Of a stretch of DNA of 64,000 nt, positions 60,553 to 64,000 are shown one piece after another. Numbering within the stretch: the stretch's first letter is position 1; each line of letters begins with the position of its first letter. The DNA comes from Macrostomum hystrix (Eukaryota; Animalia; Platyhelminthes): positions 16,740,001-16,804,000 of the forward strand of contig CATNEN010000039.1 in NCBI GenBank assembly GCA_950097015.1, read 5' to 3'. The position numbers and the translations under genes were made by a program. Below the pieces are notes generated by a model, which was given only the letters and a program-made list of their open reading frames with translations, was not told the DNA's origin and ran no database searches.

Positions 60553-63323
60553 CTAGCTGCCTTCGCTACCCTCTGGGTAGCCTCCCTGTGAGTTCTTATC
60601 AGTACGCGCGTGCGTTATCGAAACTGGCTCTGAGGCAATCATTAAAATTGGCACTGGAGGCCTCACTGTGCACAAGCTGAAAACAAGAATGCATTAGAAA
60701 AGCCTATTTAAAACTGTTTTTCGAATATTTAATCCCCTTGGCAATGGAAATAAGCTTAATAAAAATACGTGTACCGATTCCAGCCCAATTGCGATCTTTT
60801 AGTGAAGGAATTTTGAAAATCGGTTGAGCCGTTCGGGAGCTAGTCGATTGCAAACATACAAGCAAGATTTTCATTTTTAGTATATAAGATATAACAAGCA
60901 AGATTTTCATTTTTAGTATATTAGACTAGCTGCCTTCGCTACCCTCTGGGTAGCCTCCCTGTGAGTTCTTATCAGTTCGTTATCAAAACTGGCTCTGATG
61001 CAATCATTAAAATTGGCACTGGAGCCTCACTGTGCACAAGCTGAAAACAAGAATGCATTAGAAAAGCCTATTTAAAACTGTTTTTCGAATATTTAATCCC
61101 CTTGGCAATGAAATTAAGCTTAATAAAATTACGTGTACCGATTCCGGCCCAATTGTGATCTTTTGGCGAAGGAATTGCGAAAATCGGTTGAGCCGTTCGG
61201 GAGCTAGTCGATTGCAAACATACAAGCAAGCAAGCAAGATTTTCATTTTTAGTATATTAGAAGACTAGCTGCCTTCGCTACCCTCTGGGTAGCCTCCATT
61301 GAGTTCTTATCAGTGCGTTATCAAAACTGGCTCTGATGCAATCATTAAAGTTGGCACTGGAGCCTCACTGTGCACAAGCTGAAAACAAGAATGCATTAGA
61401 AAAGCCTATTTAAAACTGTTTTTCGAATATTTAATCCCCTTGCCAATGGAATTAAGCTTAATAAAATTACGTGTACCGATTCCGGCCCATTTGTGATCTT
61501 TTGGCGAAGGAATTTTGAAAATCGGTTGAGCCGTTCGGGAGCTAGTCGATTGCAAACAAGCAAGCAAGATTTTCATTTTTAGTATATTAGATATTATACT
61601 AGCTGCCTTCGCTACCCTCTGGGTAGCCTCCCTGTGAGTTCTTATCAGTACGCGCGTGCGTTATCAAAACTGGCTCTGATGCAATCATTAAAATTGGCAC
61701 TGGAGGCCTCACTGTGCACAAGCTGAAAATAAGAATGCATTAGAAAAGCCTATTTAAAGCAGTTTTTCGAATATTTAATCCCCTTGGCAATGGAATTAAG
61801 CTTAATAAAAATACGTGTACCGATTCCGGCCTATTTGTGATCTTTTGGTGAAGGAATTGTGAAAATCGGTTGAGCCGTTCGGGAGCTAGTCGATTGCAAA
61901 CATACAAACATACAAGATTTTCATTTTTAGTATATAAGACTAGCTGCCTTCGCTACCCTCTGGGTAGCCTCCCTGTGAGTTCTTATCAGTTCGTTATCAA
62001 AACTGGCTCTGATGCAATCATAAAAATTGGCACTGGAGCCTCACTGTGCACAAGCTGAAAACAAGAATGCATTAGAAAAGCCTATTTAAAACTGTTTTTC
62101 GAATATTTAATCCCCTTGCCAATGGAATTAAGCTTAATAAAATTACGTGTACCGATTCCGGCCCATTTGTGATCTTTTGGCGAAGGAATTTTGAAAATCG
62201 GTTGAGCCGTTCGGGAGCTAGTCGATTGCAAACAAACATACAAGCAAGATTTTCATTTTTAGTATATACAAGCAAGATTTCATTTTTAGTATATAAGAAG
62301 ACTAGCTGCCTTCGCTACCCTCTGGGTAGCCTCACTGGAGTTCTTATCAGTTCGTTATCAAAACTGGCTCTGATGCAATCATAAAAATTGGCACTGGAGC
62401 CTCACTGTGCACAAGCTGAAAACAAGAATGCATTAGAAAAGCCTATTTAAAACTGTTTTTCGAATATTTAATCCCCTTGGCAATGAAATTAAGCTTAATA
62501 AAAATACGTGTACCGATTCCGGCCCATTTGTGATCTTTTGGCGAAGGAATTGCGAAAATCGGTTGAGCCGTTTGGGAGCTAGTCGATTGCAAACATACAA
62601 ACATACAAACATACAAACAAGATTTTCATTTTTAGTATAATAGATAGACTAGCTGCCCTTCGCTACCCTCTGGGTAGCCTCACTGGAGTTGTTATCAGTG
62701 CGTTATCAAAACTGGCTCTGATGCAATCATTAAAATTGGCACTGGAGCCTCACTGTGCACAAGCTGAAAACAAGAATGCATTAGAAAAGCCTATTTAAAA
62801 CTGTTTTTCGAATATTTAATCCCCTTGGCAATGGAATTAAGCTTAATAAAAATACGTGTACCGATTCGGGACCAATTGTGATCTTTTAGCGAAGGAATTG
62901 CGAAAATCGGTTGAGCCGTTCGGGAGCTAGTCGATTGCAAACATACAAACAAGCAAGATTTTCATTTTTAGTATATAAGACTAGCTGCCTTCGCTACCCT
63001 CTGGGTAGCCTCACTGGAGTTCTTATCAGTGCGTTATCAAAATTGGCTCCGATGCAATCATTAAAATTGGCACTGGAGCCTCACTGCGCACAAGCTGAAA
63101 ACAAGAATGCATTAGAAAAGCCTATTTAAAACTGTTTTTCGAATATTTAATCCCCTTGGCAATGGAATTAAGCTTAATAAAAATACGTGTACCGATTCGG
63201 GCCCATTTGTGATCTTTTGGCGAAGGAATTGCGAAAATCGGTTGAGCCGTTCGGGAGCTAGTCGATTGCAAACATACATACAAACATACAAACATACAAG
63301 ATTTTCATTTTTAGTATATTAGA
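60553..63323 (-). mobile_element. Head-to-tail array of 8 non-autonomous mini-Helitrons
   Basis: Units start at CTAG 60553, 60926, 61265, 61599, 61940, 62302, 62649 and 62981. The outer end reads A|TCTAATATAC on the minus strand (A^T target). Confidence 0.92.
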
Positions 63324-63532
63324 TGTTACTCCAACTTGCCCACATTAAATCCCTCTAGGGGGTTACAAGCAGACAAACAAAGTTAGCAGACTATATATTT
63401 GCTCCTAAGTAGGCTACCTATGCCTCCTATAGGACAGTTTGTCCACTTTGAGCAGATAAACAATGCCTACATTTGTTGGAGTTTCTCCCCTTTTTGCAGA
63501 GAAATAATGTTCCCCTTTAGCACAGAAACCAT

Positions 63533-63843
63533 ATAATAATAATATCTGCAGGAAAGCTGCGGGCAATGGCACATCATTTGGTGACACTAGACCCACTGCC
63601 AGCGAGGAGGCATTTCGCTGACTTCTGAGCACACATGCACACAGATACTGTACGCAGGCACACACTCACCAGTTTCTTATCGTCAGGCAGTTTACACTCT
63701 TACTGTGCCTGTAAGTGCGTAAATTGCACGTCAAGCCCCAAAGCCTTCTCTCCGCAGCTGCAACTCAAATAAATTTGGCCTCGCCGCGGAATCGAGCTCA
63801 TAGGGACCTTGGTGCGAGACGCAAACGTGTTAGCCGCCACTCA
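63533..63843 (-). mobile_element. tRNA-derived SINE family A, copy 5 (internal deletions)
   Basis: Reverse-complement match to the head, body and ATT tail of the other copies. Confidence 0.8.
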
Positions 63844-64000
63844 TACTTTTTACTGTTGGTTTAGTTCATGGACTGGAAATGCCAACGACTTGAGTACTTA
63901 ACTTGAAATAAAGCATATAATAATTAATGAGTTATCTCTTCGTTAATTACTTTCAGTCTCCAGTCACCATGTCAACAGAGGACAATTACTACGCGATCCT

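Noticed and set aside
47452-63323. CRISPR-like or plain satellite reading of the 335-bp and 23-bp arrays
   Set aside because: No unique spacers or cas genes, eukaryotic context, and the 335-bp units have Helitron termini

Overview
Repeat-rich animal genomic DNA with GT-AG introns and many minisatellites; the style suggests a free-living flatworm such as Macrostomum, which is inference only. Four host genes lie on the + strand: an AJM1-like apical-junction protein (4 exons), a GT32 DXD glycosyltransferase (2 exons), a divergent ERR-type nuclear receptor (4 exons) and NR2C2AP. Mobile DNA dominates the rest. It includes five copies of a tRNA-headed SINE, Crypton tyrosine-recombinase remnants, a P-element-like remnant, several Gypsy remnants (one with LTRs and TSD) and an RTE remnant with a solo LTR. 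Two structures stand out. (1) A full-length Ingi-like LINE (24009-28550, -) begins exactly at the cleavage site of an HDV-like ribozyme, and its ORF carries a ubiquitin C-terminal mimic (LHQVLRLRGG) just before the endonuclease. (2) A 15.9-kb head-to-tail Helitron train (47452-63323, -) contains an intact, 9-exon autonomous Helitron (STPR-like repeats + OTU + Rep + PIF1) embedded among 13 mini-Helitrons of about 335 bp joined by CTAG|TC junctions.
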